Assembly (NCBI GenBank): GCA_964385285.1
Contig: CAYLOJ010000002.1
Location: 559-64,558, forward strand
DNA length: 64,000 nucleotides
Reading direction: 5' to 3'
Source of the DNA: an uncultured Gammaproteobacteria bacterium
GTDB taxonomy: Bacteria > Patescibacteriota > Patescibacteriia > UBA9570
Part shown: positions 17,608 through 28,142 of the stretch, piece by piece
How the letters are laid out: each line of letters begins with the position of its first letter
How positions within the stretch are numbered: the stretch's first letter is position 1
Position numbers and translations under genes: made by a program
Notes under the pieces: model-generated
The model's input: the letters and a program-made list of their open reading frames with translations, nothing else
Told to the model about the DNA's origin: nothing
The model's database searches: none

Positions 17608-18681
17608 ATGCCAAATGCCATTGCCAGAATACTACGTCTGACTGCCTTGACGATCCAAATCATTTCGCCTTTGGTCGGCGTCTTAGTATTCGGTTGGGAT
17701 ATCACCGAAGTAGTATTTATCTTTGGGGTGGAGGCTGCCGTCATGGCTGGTTTTCACGCCTACAAATATAGTCGTACCTATCGGCAATTGCCCGCGGGGG
17801 ACCACAAACGATTTTATGGTGGTACGGCCACCGTACGCGTAGGGATGGAAATAGTGCTGGTCATTGGAGCCTTTACGGTTTTCATTGATTCCGTACTAGG
17901 TTATCGATCCACTGTCTTTGATGATCCACAGGTTTTAGTTCAATATCTCTTCATCACGCTAGTTCCAGTCTTGGCGATTGTTGCCCATTATATTCAAGCG
18001 ATTACGCGCTTCTATCAACAACCCATTACGCGCGTGAGTATTACTCCGATCTGGATCTGGATTTTTCAATTGCCATTACCGGGTTTAGTCTATAGCTATC
18101 TACTGTCGAGTCACTACACCAGTTGGCTATTAGGTTTATTGAGCGTGTTAACTCTCTCTCGTGTCATCGTAGAGTGGTATCAAGCAACACATTCATCACA
18201 GGTTTCCAACACTAATCCCACAGATCCGCTACTACTACAATCTTCTCCCTATTCAACGGCTGGGGTTCTGAGCATGTTATTTAGTTACCTGCTGGTCTTG
18301 ATGGGATTTTTAGCAGTCAATCCATTTACACAAGATCCTAAGTTTACACCCACACAAAATGCTTTGATCTATTTGGGTTGCATCATCGTATTGATTCCTG
18401 TGTTGCATCGTCGTCAGATCTCGGCGCAGATTCATCCCACTACACAAACGATTACCGTTGAGCGTGGCCGCTATTGGAAGCGACAGCGCACGATTGTGTT
18501 CGCGGATATCACCGAGATTGAGATTCAACGTAATCAGCAGCATATGGCGTATCAATGTACGTTTCATCTGCGCGGACAACGACCATGGAAATGTAGTAAT
18601 TCGCCATTCGCCATTACCGATTGGCATGCATGGTTACGGCGACTCAATGTCATTGCCAACTTGAATATGCCTAAATTGTAA
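17608..18681 (+). CDS. Hypothetical polytopic membrane protein
   Basis: Multiple hydrophobic helices. No recognised motif. Start uncertain. Confidence 0.35.
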   Translation: MPNAIARILRLTALTIQIISPLVGVLVFGWDITEVVFIFGVEAAVMAGFHAYKYSRTYRQLPAGDHKRFYGGTATVRVGMEIVLVIGAFTVFIDSVLGYRSTVFDDPQVLVQYLFITLVPVLAIVAHYIQAITRFYQQPITRVSITPIWIWIFQLPLPGLVYSYLLSSHYTSWLLGLLSVLTLSRVIVEWYQATHSSQVSNTNPTDPLLLQSSPYSTAGVLSMLFSYLLVLMGFLAVNPFTQDPKFTPTQNALIYLGCIIVLIPVLHRRQISAQIHPTTQTITVERGRYWKRQRTIVFADITEIEIQRNQQHMAYQCTFHLRGQRPWKCSNSPFAITDWHAWLRRLNVIANLNMPKL

Positions 18682-18691
18682 TGGTAGTCGC

Positions 18692-19744
18692 ATGATGAAC
18701 AGATATTTTACAGCAACAGTGATTGTCTTACTCTCTGTTGTAGCACCTACTATGACTTCAGCTAGTACTGTGGCGGAGCGCACGCAAGGCAAAATTTTAT
18801 TACAAGTGGAACAGCACGGGGAAGCCTGGTATGTGAATCCAGCGAATGAGTTACGTTATTATTTAGGTGCGCCCAGTGATGCCTATCAAGTGATGAAATC
18901 GTTGGGGGTTGGAATTACAAATGCAAATTTGCAATTGATTCCAAAACAAGGCCAACCCTGGGATGGTAATAGCGCGGTCATGAATAGTGTGCGTGGGAAA
19001 ATTGTGCTGCAGGTCGAAAAACACGGCGAGGCTTGGTACGTGAATCCTACTGATGGTAAGCGCTACTTTTTGGGACGGCCAAAAGCTGCCTGGAAATTAA
19101 TGACTAAATTTGGCTTAGGCATTAGTGACGCTGATCTGGATCAAATTGAAATAGCAGGGGAGTACGACAGCGATCATATTCCAAGCTCATATTTATTAGA
19201 TGTGCCATTTACTAGCCAAGCACCCAGTGGAGATTGGTCTTCACCCTACAGCGAAGCTTGTGAAGAAGCGATTTTGGTCATGCTTAGCCATTGGAAAGCA
19301 GGAACAAGTTTTTCGGTCACGCAAGTCGAAGATGAAATCCAAAGTATTGTGCAATGGGAGCTAGCGAACTATGGTCATCACGAAGATACTGCTATGGCTG
19401 AAACAGCTAACACGGCGAGCCAATATGAGGGTTTAAAGGTGAAGGTTTCGCGGACGGTCACTATTAATCGTTTGAAGCAACTGGTCAGCGAAGGTAAACC
19501 AGTGATTGTGCCGGTCTATGGCAAGGCCTTGGGCAACCCTCATTTTCTAAATGGAGGACCAGATTATCATGTTGTACTACTGGTGGGATACGAAGGTACA
19601 GATTTTATAGTGCATGATCCAGGTACGCGTTACGGTGAAAATTACCATTATAATGTAGATATATTTTACAATGCCATTCACGATCTAACGGATCCAGAAT
19701 CAAATATTGCGAACGGTGAGAAAGCTATTGTTGTTGTCCAATAA
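18692..19744 (+). CDS. Secreted C39-like peptidase domain protein with two tandem ~50-aa N-terminal repeats
   Basis: Signal peptide. Repeats GKILLQVEQHGEAWYVNPANELRYYLG... and GKIVLQVEKHGEAWYVNPTDGKRYFLG.... The C-terminus (VPFTSQAPSGDWS...EACEEAIL...KPVIVP...HVVLLVGY...HDPGTRYG) is paralogous to CDS 129-911. Confidence 0.5.
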   Translation: MMNRYFTATVIVLLSVVAPTMTSASTVAERTQGKILLQVEQHGEAWYVNPANELRYYLGAPSDAYQVMKSLGVGITNANLQLIPKQGQPWDGNSAVMNSVRGKIVLQVEKHGEAWYVNPTDGKRYFLGRPKAAWKLMTKFGLGISDADLDQIEIAGEYDSDHIPSSYLLDVPFTSQAPSGDWSSPYSEACEEAILVMLSHWKAGTSFSVTQVEDEIQSIVQWELANYGHHEDTAMAETANTASQYEGLKVKVSRTVTINRLKQLVSEGKPVIVPVYGKALGNPHFLNGGPDYHVVLLVGYEGTDFIVHDPGTRYGENYHYNVDIFYNAIHDLTDPESNIANGEKAIVVVQ

Positions 19745-19764
19745 TCCGCTATAATTAATGGATT

Positions 19765-20556
19765 ATGACTGTTAAAATTTTACTGTGTCTGGTGATTCTT
19801 GGTGGAGTAGTATTTAGTATGCAGGCGTCCGCTGCGGTGTTTCACGACAGCATCATAACGAACGGAAAATTTGATGATGGTGTATTAGCTTGGACACTTG
19901 AAAATGTGGATAGCTCAGATCTCGAAGATCAATACGCCTTGGATGGTCAGTACCTGACACTTGGCCAATTGAATCAGACAGAAGCGATTAGTCAGACCCT
20001 CACGATTCCAGCAGAGACCGGTCAAGCTGCACTCAGTTTTTATTATCGGTTCTATACCGATGACGCAACCAGTAGCGATGATCTAACGGTAGAGTTTGTG
20101 CGCGCTGGTACGAGCACGGTGTTATTTACGAAAACAATTCCCGCCAGTAATGGCGATGTCGTGACTTGGACAAAACGCACAATGGATGTGAGTGCGTTAG
20201 CCGGAGAGACAGTGATTATGCGCATAGCGGTGACCAATAATGCTAGTCAATTTACCTTTGTTGATCTGGATACTATCCGGCTGACCGTCGATTCGTACGG
20301 AGAATTAAAGGCTACAGTAGTAGATGCTAGTGGAGATCCAGTACGGAATGCCGAGATTACTCTACGGAATGCGAAGGACAAAAAAATTTGGACCGGTACG
20401 ACAAATGCGAAGGGTAAATTTACAGCTACGACTTTGCCCGGCAATAATAAAAAATACCGCTTGGTGATTAAAAAGAATGACAGTGTTACCACGAAACACA
20501 CTAAAATTCAGTGGGCAGAACGTACCACTAAAACATTTAGGATTGAGTCACTATAA
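19765..20556 (+). CDS. Secreted protein with a C-terminal carboxypeptidase-regulatory-like (CarboxypepD_reg) beta-sandwich domain
   Basis: Signal peptide. C-terminal segment GELKATVVDASGDPVRNAEITLRNAKDKKIWTGTTNAKGKFTATTLPG. Confidence 0.4.
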   Translation: MTVKILLCLVILGGVVFSMQASAAVFHDSIITNGKFDDGVLAWTLENVDSSDLEDQYALDGQYLTLGQLNQTEAISQTLTIPAETGQAALSFYYRFYTDDATSSDDLTVEFVRAGTSTVLFTKTIPASNGDVVTWTKRTMDVSALAGETVIMRIAVTNNASQFTFVDLDTIRLTVDSYGELKATVVDASGDPVRNAEITLRNAKDKKIWTGTTNAKGKFTATTLPGNNKKYRLVIKKNDSVTTKHTKIQWAERTTKTFRIESL

Positions 20557-20564
20557 AGAATCAT

Positions 20565-22289
20565 ATGCCAAAATTCATCGTGCGTTTATTGCTTACCATC
20601 ACGCTGTTATGTGCAGGATATGCCCTACCAGTCTTGGCGATTGAGGATGATGGCTATTGGGATAATATCGATGATTATGCAGTGCAGTTACAGGTGCGCC
20701 CGAATGGAACACTGCATGTGCATGAAGTGATTACCTATACATTTGGCGATGGCTTGGAACCAGCACATGGCATCGAGCGCTATGTGCCATACAACTATGC
20801 TAACGGTTGGTTCACCGATCAATTAGATATTCGTTTGAATAGCGTTACAGATCAACAAGGTGAAGAGTGGCCAGTAGAAACGTATCAATCAAACGGAAAT
20901 TCGGTTTGGCGCATTGGCAGTGACGCGACCACAGTACGTGGGACACAAGTGTATGCGTTGGACTATGACGTCGACTGGGTGATGACGGATTATCAGGATT
21001 ACGTCGAGTTATATTGGAACGCAATTGGTACAGAATGGAACGTACCGATCAGCAAAGCCAAAATTAGCGTGACTGTCCCACCGGATAGTCAGCTAGAACA
21101 GTATCCAGCCAGTTGTTTTTATGGGGCTAGTGGAGACGATAATACTTGCTCATATTCTGTTGCTGGAAATACTTATACGGCTGAACTGAAGAATTTAGGC
21201 GACTATCAAGGTATGACTGTCCTTTTTGCATTCAAGCCAGGCACAGTAACATTGCACTCCACTAGCGAGCGTATTGTACATTGGGCGTTAGCCAATTGGA
21301 CGCTATTTTTGATTCCAGGCTGGCTGCTCTTGGCGTTATTGCTCTTGGTATTGAGCCGCCGTCGTAAACCCAGTAAAGCATTGATTCCAATTTACGAAAT
21401 TCCGACTGGCATTGAAAACCCAAGTCAGGCCGAATATTTATTGACTGGTAAAATTACGCCGCGTGCATTGGCAGGCGAATTGATTGAATCAGCCCGATTG
21501 GGGGAGATGGAGCTAATCTACGATGAGAAAAAAGGCGAGGTAAAGACGTTACGTGCCACGGGCAAGGTTGTGCGCACAGATCCGACCACAACACTCTTAC
21601 GCAATCAGATCTTTGGTGTGAAGTATGCGGCCGGTAGAGAAGTAGAATTAAAAAAGACCACGTTAATCAGCACTGGATTTATGGTGTCGACCAAAAAACA
21701 GGCTGCAGACCATCTGCAAGCCATGAGCTGGATCGATTCCATGAAGAAAACTATTAAAACGATGGTCGGGCTCTATGGGTTAGGAGGCTTTGTGCTCGGT
21801 GGCTTTGTTGTCTCAAGTTATTCATCCGCCGGCGTGAACCATTACATCATTACCGGAGTGAGTATGATGATCCTCAGTGTGATCACCTTCTTTGTTCAAA
21901 ATAATCGTTTGCCATTGAATGTAGCTGGGGCCGACGCTCGACAACTCGTTGAGGGGTTTAAGTGGTTCTTAGGCGTCACGGAAACTGAGCGATTAAAGTT
22001 TTCACAGGTCCCAAAACTGACACCGAAAATGTTTGAAGAGTATTTACCCTATGCTATCGTCTTCGGGGTAGAGAGGCAGTGGGTGAAACAGTTTGAAGGT
22101 ATTTTGCAAGATCCGCCCACTTGGATGCACGGTGTCAATCAGGCTTTACTGTACAACGCTTTGTTGTCGACCAGTCGTACGCCTAGTCAGTTTAAAGTGC
22201 CTGCCTCTGCACGCTCGGGTGGTTCTGGCTTTAGTGGTGGCGGTTTTTCTGGCGGCGGCTTCGGTGGTGGCGGCGGTGGACGCTGGTAA
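20565..22289 (+). CDS. DUF2207 family membrane protein
   Basis: Signal peptide plus extracellular domain, internal TM segments and a glycine-rich tail (SGGSGFSGGGFSGGGFGGGGGGRW), all characteristic of DUF2207. Confidence 0.5.
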   Translation: MPKFIVRLLLTITLLCAGYALPVLAIEDDGYWDNIDDYAVQLQVRPNGTLHVHEVITYTFGDGLEPAHGIERYVPYNYANGWFTDQLDIRLNSVTDQQGEEWPVETYQSNGNSVWRIGSDATTVRGTQVYALDYDVDWVMTDYQDYVELYWNAIGTEWNVPISKAKISVTVPPDSQLEQYPASCFYGASGDDNTCSYSVAGNTYTAELKNLGDYQGMTVLFAFKPGTVTLHSTSERIVHWALANWTLFLIPGWLLLALLLLVLSRRRKPSKALIPIYEIPTGIENPSQAEYLLTGKITPRALAGELIESARLGEMELIYDEKKGEVKTLRATGKVVRTDPTTTLLRNQIFGVKYAAGREVELKKTTLISTGFMVSTKKQAADHLQAMSWIDSMKKTIKTMVGLYGLGGFVLGGFVVSSYSSAGVNHYIITGVSMMILSVITFFVQNNRLPLNVAGADARQLVEGFKWFLGVTETERLKFSQVPKLTPKMFEEYLPYAIVFGVERQWVKQFEGILQDPPTWMHGVNQALLYNALLSTSRTPSQFKVPASARSGGSGFSGGGFSGGGFGGGGGGRW

Positions 22290-22292
22290 TGT

Positions 22293-23123
22293 ATGCGTTT
22301 TGCACCAGATTTACCACAACGACGGCAACTTGCCGAGGAACGCAAGAACCTGATCCAAAGAGAAGGAGAAGGTTATGGTTTTATGATGGGAGAATATCGA
22401 CAGCCATTATATGTCGATGAACCAGCACAAACTAATCAGCAGCGCGTCGAAAAATTGTATGGCGTGGAAGAGGACTTAGCTCACCTGTTAGCACAATATC
22501 CAGGAGTTCTGGCTGAGCACAACATTGATCGGCCAGCCATTTTGGTTGATTTTGGTGGCATGGTTGGTTTAAGCGCGTTGCGCATCGCTGCTCAACCACT
22601 GATTAGACAAAAGATAGAGCAGGGTAAGATTGCTATTGTAGTCACTAATTTAGACTTTCACCTGTCAGATCAAAGTAGTCCATCCGTCAAAGAATTATTA
22701 CCCTTCTTAGGCATGGAAGAACAGATGTTTATTGAAGTATTTCGTCGCATGGTGCATTATCTCAAAGGAGATGCCTCCACTATTTTGCGCAGCAGCATAA
22801 CCTTGCCGGATGAGCGCACGATTCAGCTCAAAGGGAATGTAGATGTAGTACACGAGCGGCTGGCGTTAGCACATGGTTTCAAAAATGATTTAGATATTCC
22901 ACGTTTAGGGAAGTTATTAAGTCCAGTCGGGCAGTTGTGGTTAGGTACTAAGTCGAATGGTTTAATGCAGGCAGCCGATGTAGGTTTACGCGTGAATAAA
23001 ACTGTACAAAGCTCGCGCGAGCAGGCACATCAGTTGGGCACAACTAACTTAGAGGAGCTTGGTTTACATGCAGTGCAGCCTACGCGACCGATGACTTATC
23101 AAATCTTTAAGCATGATCGCTAG
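22293..23123 (+). CDS. Hypothetical protein
   Basis: 276-aa ORF with no recognised motif. Confidence 0.3.
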   Translation: MRFAPDLPQRRQLAEERKNLIQREGEGYGFMMGEYRQPLYVDEPAQTNQQRVEKLYGVEEDLAHLLAQYPGVLAEHNIDRPAILVDFGGMVGLSALRIAAQPLIRQKIEQGKIAIVVTNLDFHLSDQSSPSVKELLPFLGMEEQMFIEVFRRMVHYLKGDASTILRSSITLPDERTIQLKGNVDVVHERLALAHGFKNDLDIPRLGKLLSPVGQLWLGTKSNGLMQAADVGLRVNKTVQSSREQAHQLGTTNLEELGLHAVQPTRPMTYQIFKHDR

Positions 23124-23167
23124 CTATTGCTGATCAACCTGATTTATACTACACTAGCAGCGCTTTA

Positions 23168-23239
23168 GCCCTCGTCGTTCAATGGATAGGACACAAGTTT
23201 CCGGAACTTGCGATAGAAGTTCGATTCTTCTCGAGGGCA
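23168..23239 (+). tRNA. tRNA-Arg (anticodon CCG)
   Basis: Manual cloverleaf: acceptor GCCCTCG/CGAGGGC, D-stem GTTC/GGAC, anticodon stem CAAGT/ACTTG with loop TTCCGGA, T-arm AGAAG-TTCGATT-CTTCT, discriminator A. 72 nt. Confidence 0.85.
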
Positions 23240-23270
23240 CAAACCAAAGATTTAACAATCATCGAATGCT

Positions 23271-23579
23271 ATGGCTGGAATTGAATTATCTGAAGAAGCA
23301 TATCGAGTCCTGCGTGAAAGTGGGGCAGAAGATTTATTGATAGCAAACCTTGAGGTCTTATTGGATATTTTATTTCAGCGCCAACCCGGTACGGTAGGTG
23401 CTATTTACGATGCCGCGGTTGAAGCCATTAAGGAATTACAGGAGCAGCGTCCAGATTTATTGGAAAATATTCAAGCGTATGCCGACGCTCAACAACCATT
23501 TTTATTTGGTCAGTTATTAATGCTAATGTCTTGTTATTTACGGGATGAAGCATTGAAGCGTGTAGAAATTATCGAATAA
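23271..23579 (+). CDS. Small hypothetical protein (102 aa)
   Basis: ORF with no recognised motif. Confidence 0.3.
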   Translation: MAGIELSEEAYRVLRESGAEDLLIANLEVLLDILFQRQPGTVGAIYDAAVEAIKELQEQRPDLLENIQAYADAQQPFLFGQLLMLMSCYLRDEALKRVEIIE

Positions 23580-23712
23580 GGTGAACTCACCGTGAAGTTT
23601 TTTTGTGTTATCCCATTGTGTGGGTAACCTGTGTATATCTACTACCCTTGATAGTATGAATCACCATAGTATACTAAAATTATAATTCAATCATTAACTT
23701 ATTAGTGATCGT

Positions 23713-24924
23713 ATGTCATTTAAATCTAATGCCTTATCCATCATATTGGGATCCCTTGCTGGTGGTTTTATGACCTTGATCATTGGCGGGGTTCTGGTGT
23801 CTGTCATTTACTTAAAACCCGAATGGGTTCGTGATGGACTCAATTTATCCACCTCAACCATGAGTGATTCGGTCTCCCAAGTAATTCCAACTACCACTGA
23901 TCAAGAAGTACAAATTGTCGATGTGGTCCAGCGGGTAACTCCGGCAGTCATTTCGATTGTGGCTACGCAAGATGTCCCCGTGTATGAACAGTACTATGAG
24001 CAACAGCAGTTCGATCCGTTTGGTTTGAATTTACCGCAATATCGACAAAATGGAACAGAGAAACAAGAGGTGAGTAGTGGGTCAGGATTTTTAGTCTCTG
24101 CAGATGGCTATATTGTAACGAACAAACATGTGGTCTCTGAAGAAGAAGCCGAGTATACCGTTTATGCGAACGATGGCACGACGTATCCGGCCACCATCAT
24201 TGCGCGCGATCCAGCGAACGATATTGCCATCCTCAAAATTGAAGGGACTGATTTTCCCTATTTAGAATTTGCAGATTCGGATACGTTACAAGTTGGCCAA
24301 ACCACCATTGCCATTGGCAATGCACTTGGAGAGTTTAGCAATTCAGTGTCGGTGGGAATTGTTTCCGGTTTGGCGCGCTCGATCGAGGCTGGAAACGGGC
24401 TAGGAAGTTCAGAACAACTACAAGGATTGATTCAGACAGATGCCGCGATTAACTTAGGCAATTCCGGCGGTCCCTTGCTGAATACCTCGGGCCAAGTGAT
24501 TGGGGTAAATGTCGCCATGGCTGCTGCAGAAAATATTGGTTTCGCGTTACCTGGAAATTTAGTGAAGAATACATTCGAAAGTGTTCAGACGACTGGTAAA
24601 ATTAGTCGTCCGTATCTTGGAGTACGCTATGTTGCGATTACGCCGACGTTTAAACAAGAGGCGAACTTGCCGGTAGAATACGGTGCCCTGGTGCGCCGTG
24701 GTGATGCCCCAACTGATTTAGCCGTGATTCCTAGCTCACCAGCGGACAAAGCCGGCCTAGAGGAGAATGATATCCTTTTGGAAATGAATGGCCAGAAATT
24801 GAATGATACCCACGACCTTGGCACGTTAATTGGCCAACATCAGGTAGGGGATGTAGTGGAGTTAAAAGTGTTGCATGATGGAGAAGAAAAAACTGTGGAA
24901 GTCACTTTGGAAGAACGGCAGTAA
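23713..24924 (+). CDS. htrA: HtrA/DegP family serine protease with a PDZ domain
   Basis: N-terminal TM anchor. Catalytic-triad motifs GSGFLVSADGYIVTNKHVV, DIAILKI and GNSGGPLLN. C-terminal PDZ domain. Confidence 0.85.
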   Translation: MSFKSNALSIILGSLAGGFMTLIIGGVLVSVIYLKPEWVRDGLNLSTSTMSDSVSQVIPTTTDQEVQIVDVVQRVTPAVISIVATQDVPVYEQYYEQQQFDPFGLNLPQYRQNGTEKQEVSSGSGFLVSADGYIVTNKHVVSEEEAEYTVYANDGTTYPATIIARDPANDIAILKIEGTDFPYLEFADSDTLQVGQTTIAIGNALGEFSNSVSVGIVSGLARSIEAGNGLGSSEQLQGLIQTDAAINLGNSGGPLLNTSGQVIGVNVAMAAAENIGFALPGNLVKNTFESVQTTGKISRPYLGVRYVAITPTFKQEANLPVEYGALVRRGDAPTDLAVIPSSPADKAGLEENDILLEMNGQKLNDTHDLGTLIGQHQVGDVVELKVLHDGEEKTVEVTLEERQ

Positions 24925-24926
24925 TC

Positions 24927-24955
24927 TTGACAAAAACTATTTTTTAGGTTATATT
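24927..24955 (+). promoter_or_regulatory. Sigma70-like promoter (TTGACA-17-TATATT) for CDS 24964
   Basis: TTGACA at 24927-24932, a 17-nt spacer, TATATT at 24950-24955, ATG at 24964. Confidence 0.45.
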
Positions 24956-24963
24956 ATTAACCT

Positions 24964-26640
24964 ATGCCTCAGCGTTATGAACGCCCACCTCGTCGTGAAG
25001 CTCCGACAGAACAAAACAATCCAAACTTGGATCTAATTGTCGCGCATTGGTTTGAACATGCCCCGAAGGAAGAGGTAGATTTATCGACTAGTGACGGCGT
25101 ACTGCACTCGGCTCAGACAGCGAATCCGGCGGAGCGTGAGCGACAACGCAGCTGGTTCGAACGACAAGCACATAGTCGGTTCGCCAATCTTGTACCTGCT
25201 CTGGTAGCAATGATGGCTGCCTCTTGTGAAATGGATTTAGAGCAAGCTAGCAAAGGAGTGGATCTGAATACGATCGTACCGCTCGAGTTAACGGAAGAGC
25301 AAGGGGATGTAGTGATTACGTTAAATGCCGATACCGCAATTCGTATTTCCGATTACGCTGGTCGAGCCCATTGGGATGCCCCCTTACTTGGGGTTGATAA
25401 TCATGAAGTTGAGCACAATGTAACCTTTCAGATGCACGAACGCGTGATGCGAGATCAATATGAACGTTCGATTCGACAAGAGGATCATCTCTATCAGGCA
25501 GATCAGCATGGCCCACTTGGAACGACTGTTAAATACACCAGTGAGCCAAGTCGTATGTATCCGGGAGAGTATCCTAGCTATGGTGATGTGTACGGTAATA
25601 TGGCTTTAGGAGCCACGGAGGATGATGTGCTCTATGCAAAAAATTATCTTGAAACGAGTTGGTTACAAGCTGCGAATGCCCATTTTGGTGAACACTACAA
25701 AACAGTGCAGGATTTAGAGGCGTTAACAGCAGCGCAATGGATGGTGGTGTTGCAAGAACCGACTTCAGCACTAACGTACGATCCAACATTGACCTCCTTG
25801 TATCCACAGTATGATGCTGCAAAAACACAGCTACACATCCAAAAAACGATTGCCGAATTGTTAGAAGCATCGAATGGAGTGTGTCGCGATTTTGAGCGTC
25901 TGAATATTTCTAGCTATGTTTTAGCCGATGAGGAGTTTCATTTAGCAGAACGTGGTTTGTTGTACATCCCGCAAGTGAATATGAGTGATGCTGCGCATAC
26001 AGAAGGGATATTTATGTTTGCTAAATCTGCAACGGAAACCATAGTAGTCGGTGTAAATTCTACCGATGCCACTGGTGATCGATTAGATAGTTTTATCGCT
26101 GTGCCGGACACTGCAGCGTGGTATAGTCAACAGTATGGTAAAGAGTTCGTGGATAGCCCAGACCACGCCATTGAAGCCTATCAAGGCACCTTAGATATTC
26201 TGGGTGCTGATATGAACCCTACGGCGCGTGCCATGTTAAAACGTGAAGTTGTCTTGGCTAATTTGCGTGGTGCCGAATTGGCAGATAATCAAGTCGATAA
26301 AAAGAAGTATTTAGAGTCTGCATTTACTGGACTGCAAAATCAACTGATTGAAGAAGCTGCTTTGAACACCCCAACTTTGGATCGTCCATCACGGGTTGTG
26401 CCAATGTATGATTTATTGTTAGCCACAGCTGCCGCGTACGACGAGGTAGACCGCAGTTCGGCTGCCGGACTACATACCGTAGCTGCTCGATCATTATTTG
26501 AATCCTACTTACAGAAACACACTGGGGTTGAATTAGATGCCGCTCGCGAGGCAGTTGAGTTGATTGATCGCGCCGGTACTCAACAAGAGCGTAATCAATA
26601 TTATATTCAATTGATACAACTACTCGAACAGAAGCGCTAG
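24964..26640 (+). CDS. Hypothetical protein (558 aa)
   Basis: Long ORF with a coding-like composition and no recognised motif. Confidence 0.35.
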   Translation: MPQRYERPPRREAPTEQNNPNLDLIVAHWFEHAPKEEVDLSTSDGVLHSAQTANPAERERQRSWFERQAHSRFANLVPALVAMMAASCEMDLEQASKGVDLNTIVPLELTEEQGDVVITLNADTAIRISDYAGRAHWDAPLLGVDNHEVEHNVTFQMHERVMRDQYERSIRQEDHLYQADQHGPLGTTVKYTSEPSRMYPGEYPSYGDVYGNMALGATEDDVLYAKNYLETSWLQAANAHFGEHYKTVQDLEALTAAQWMVVLQEPTSALTYDPTLTSLYPQYDAAKTQLHIQKTIAELLEASNGVCRDFERLNISSYVLADEEFHLAERGLLYIPQVNMSDAAHTEGIFMFAKSATETIVVGVNSTDATGDRLDSFIAVPDTAAWYSQQYGKEFVDSPDHAIEAYQGTLDILGADMNPTARAMLKREVVLANLRGAELADNQVDKKKYLESAFTGLQNQLIEEAALNTPTLDRPSRVVPMYDLLLATAAAYDEVDRSSAAGLHTVAARSLFESYLQKHTGVELDAAREAVELIDRAGTQQERNQYYIQLIQLLEQKR

Positions 26641-26762
26641 TCGTCGTAGAGGTAAGTTAGACCATTTGCTTGATCACGCCGCTTAGTGTGGTCATGACCT
26701 TCTACGTATGTAGGGATCGTGCTATACTACTGCGTAGCGGCATTATTAGTAAATATTTTACT

Positions 26763-27740
26763 ATGCAAAAATTATTCAAACACCAAGGAAAATTGGCAAT
26801 CAGTTTGGCCTTGATGGCGATGCTATCCGTAGCCTTGCAGCCAGCCTTAGCTCGTAGCAATAACCCTACTACAGATAACAGTACCTCCATTGATACGGAT
26901 GGAGATGGCTATTATGACTGTGTTGAAAAGGGCCAATATCGTGATGATAGCGACAATGATGGGGTCGACGACTCTGAAGATGACACTACTGACGATCTGC
27001 AAAGTTCGGCGGACCATGACACTGATGGTATTCCAGACTATATTGAGAAGAGTGAATATCGTAACAATCATGATAATACCGGCAAGCATGACGCCGAAGA
27101 TCTAGATGACGATGATGATGGCATGCGTGATCGTAATGAAGCTGCTGCAGACAAGAAGGATCATGATAATAGCGGTAAGTCCGACAAAAAGGATCTAGAT
27201 GACGATGAAGATGGTACTGAAGATTTGAGTGAGGATTCTTGCGGCCAAGTATTGGATCATGATAATGATGACACGAAAGATCGTGTAGATAGTGATGATG
27301 ATAATGATGGTGTAGAGGATGACGAAGATGAACATTTGAATGATCACGATAACGATGGATCAGACGATAAAGAAGATGGCGATGATGATGCAGATGGAAT
27401 TGAAGACAGTGAGGATACTCATCAGTACGATCATGATAACGATGGAACTGATGACAACCGTGATTCGTCAGATGATTCAGAAGATAATGTGGAAGCCGTC
27501 GAGGTGGAGATCGATAATTCTGAATTTAGCCCAACCGATTTGACAATCCAAGTAGGCGATATGGTTACCTTTACCAATAAGGATAATATGGTGCACACGG
27601 CTAGCGCAGTTGATGGAACCTTTACGACTGGCGATTTATCTGAAGATGAATCCTACACAGTGACCTTTGATGAGGCCGGTACCTATGACTACTACTGCGT
27701 CTATCATCCATCCATGACTGGGACGATCACGGTAGAGTAG
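26763..27740 (+). CDS. Secreted protein with 11 DxDxDG-type Asp-rich Ca-binding-like repeats and a C-terminal type-1 copper (amicyanin/plastocyanin-like) cupredoxin domain
   Basis: Signal peptide MQKLFKHQGKLAISLALMAMLSVALQPALA. Repeats DTDGDGYYD, DHDTDGIPD, DHDNDGSDD, DHDNDGTDD and others. The C-terminus MVHTASAV...YDYYCVYHPSMTGTITVE carries the His...C-x2-H-x2-M ligand set. Confidence 0.55.
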   Translation: MQKLFKHQGKLAISLALMAMLSVALQPALARSNNPTTDNSTSIDTDGDGYYDCVEKGQYRDDSDNDGVDDSEDDTTDDLQSSADHDTDGIPDYIEKSEYRNNHDNTGKHDAEDLDDDDDGMRDRNEAAADKKDHDNSGKSDKKDLDDDEDGTEDLSEDSCGQVLDHDNDDTKDRVDSDDDNDGVEDDEDEHLNDHDNDGSDDKEDGDDDADGIEDSEDTHQYDHDNDGTDDNRDSSDDSEDNVEAVEVEIDNSEFSPTDLTIQVGDMVTFTNKDNMVHTASAVDGTFTTGDLSEDESYTVTFDEAGTYDYYCVYHPSMTGTITVE

Positions 27741-27832
27741 TAGTGACTTTTCCACACCCCTCGTCAAAAACCTTCAAGAAACCCAATAAATAGTGTATAG
27801 TAGAGCAAATTTATTAAACTAACAGAACTGTT

Positions 27833-28117
27833 ATGGCCAAACCAATGACCAAAAGCCAATTCATGGCTGCAATGGCTGACAAAGCCGGTTTAAGTAAGAA
27901 GCAAGTTGCCACCATGTGGGATATGCTCGTGGACCTCGTCTACAAGCAAACCAAAGATGCTGGTGAATGCACTCTTCCAGGCTTAGGCAAAATGCAAAAG
28001 AAACATCGCGCTGCTCGTATGGGCCGCAACCCAGCTACTGGTGCTCAAATTCAGATCCCAGCCAAAACTGTTCTGAAATTCCGCGTTGCCAAGCAAGCTA
28101 AAGACGCAATCTTGTAA
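27833..28117 (+). CDS. hup: HU/IHF family DNA-binding protein
   Basis: 94 aa. FMAAMADKAGLSKKQVATMWDMLVDLV...GLGKM...RAARMGRNPATGAQIQIPAKTVLKFRVAK matches the HU arm-region motif RxGRNPxTG. Confidence 0.8.
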   Translation: MAKPMTKSQFMAAMADKAGLSKKQVATMWDMLVDLVYKQTKDAGECTLPGLGKMQKKHRAARMGRNPATGAQIQIPAKTVLKFRVAKQAKDAIL

Positions 28118-28142
28118 GATCAGCGTTTTATCACAGAAATTC

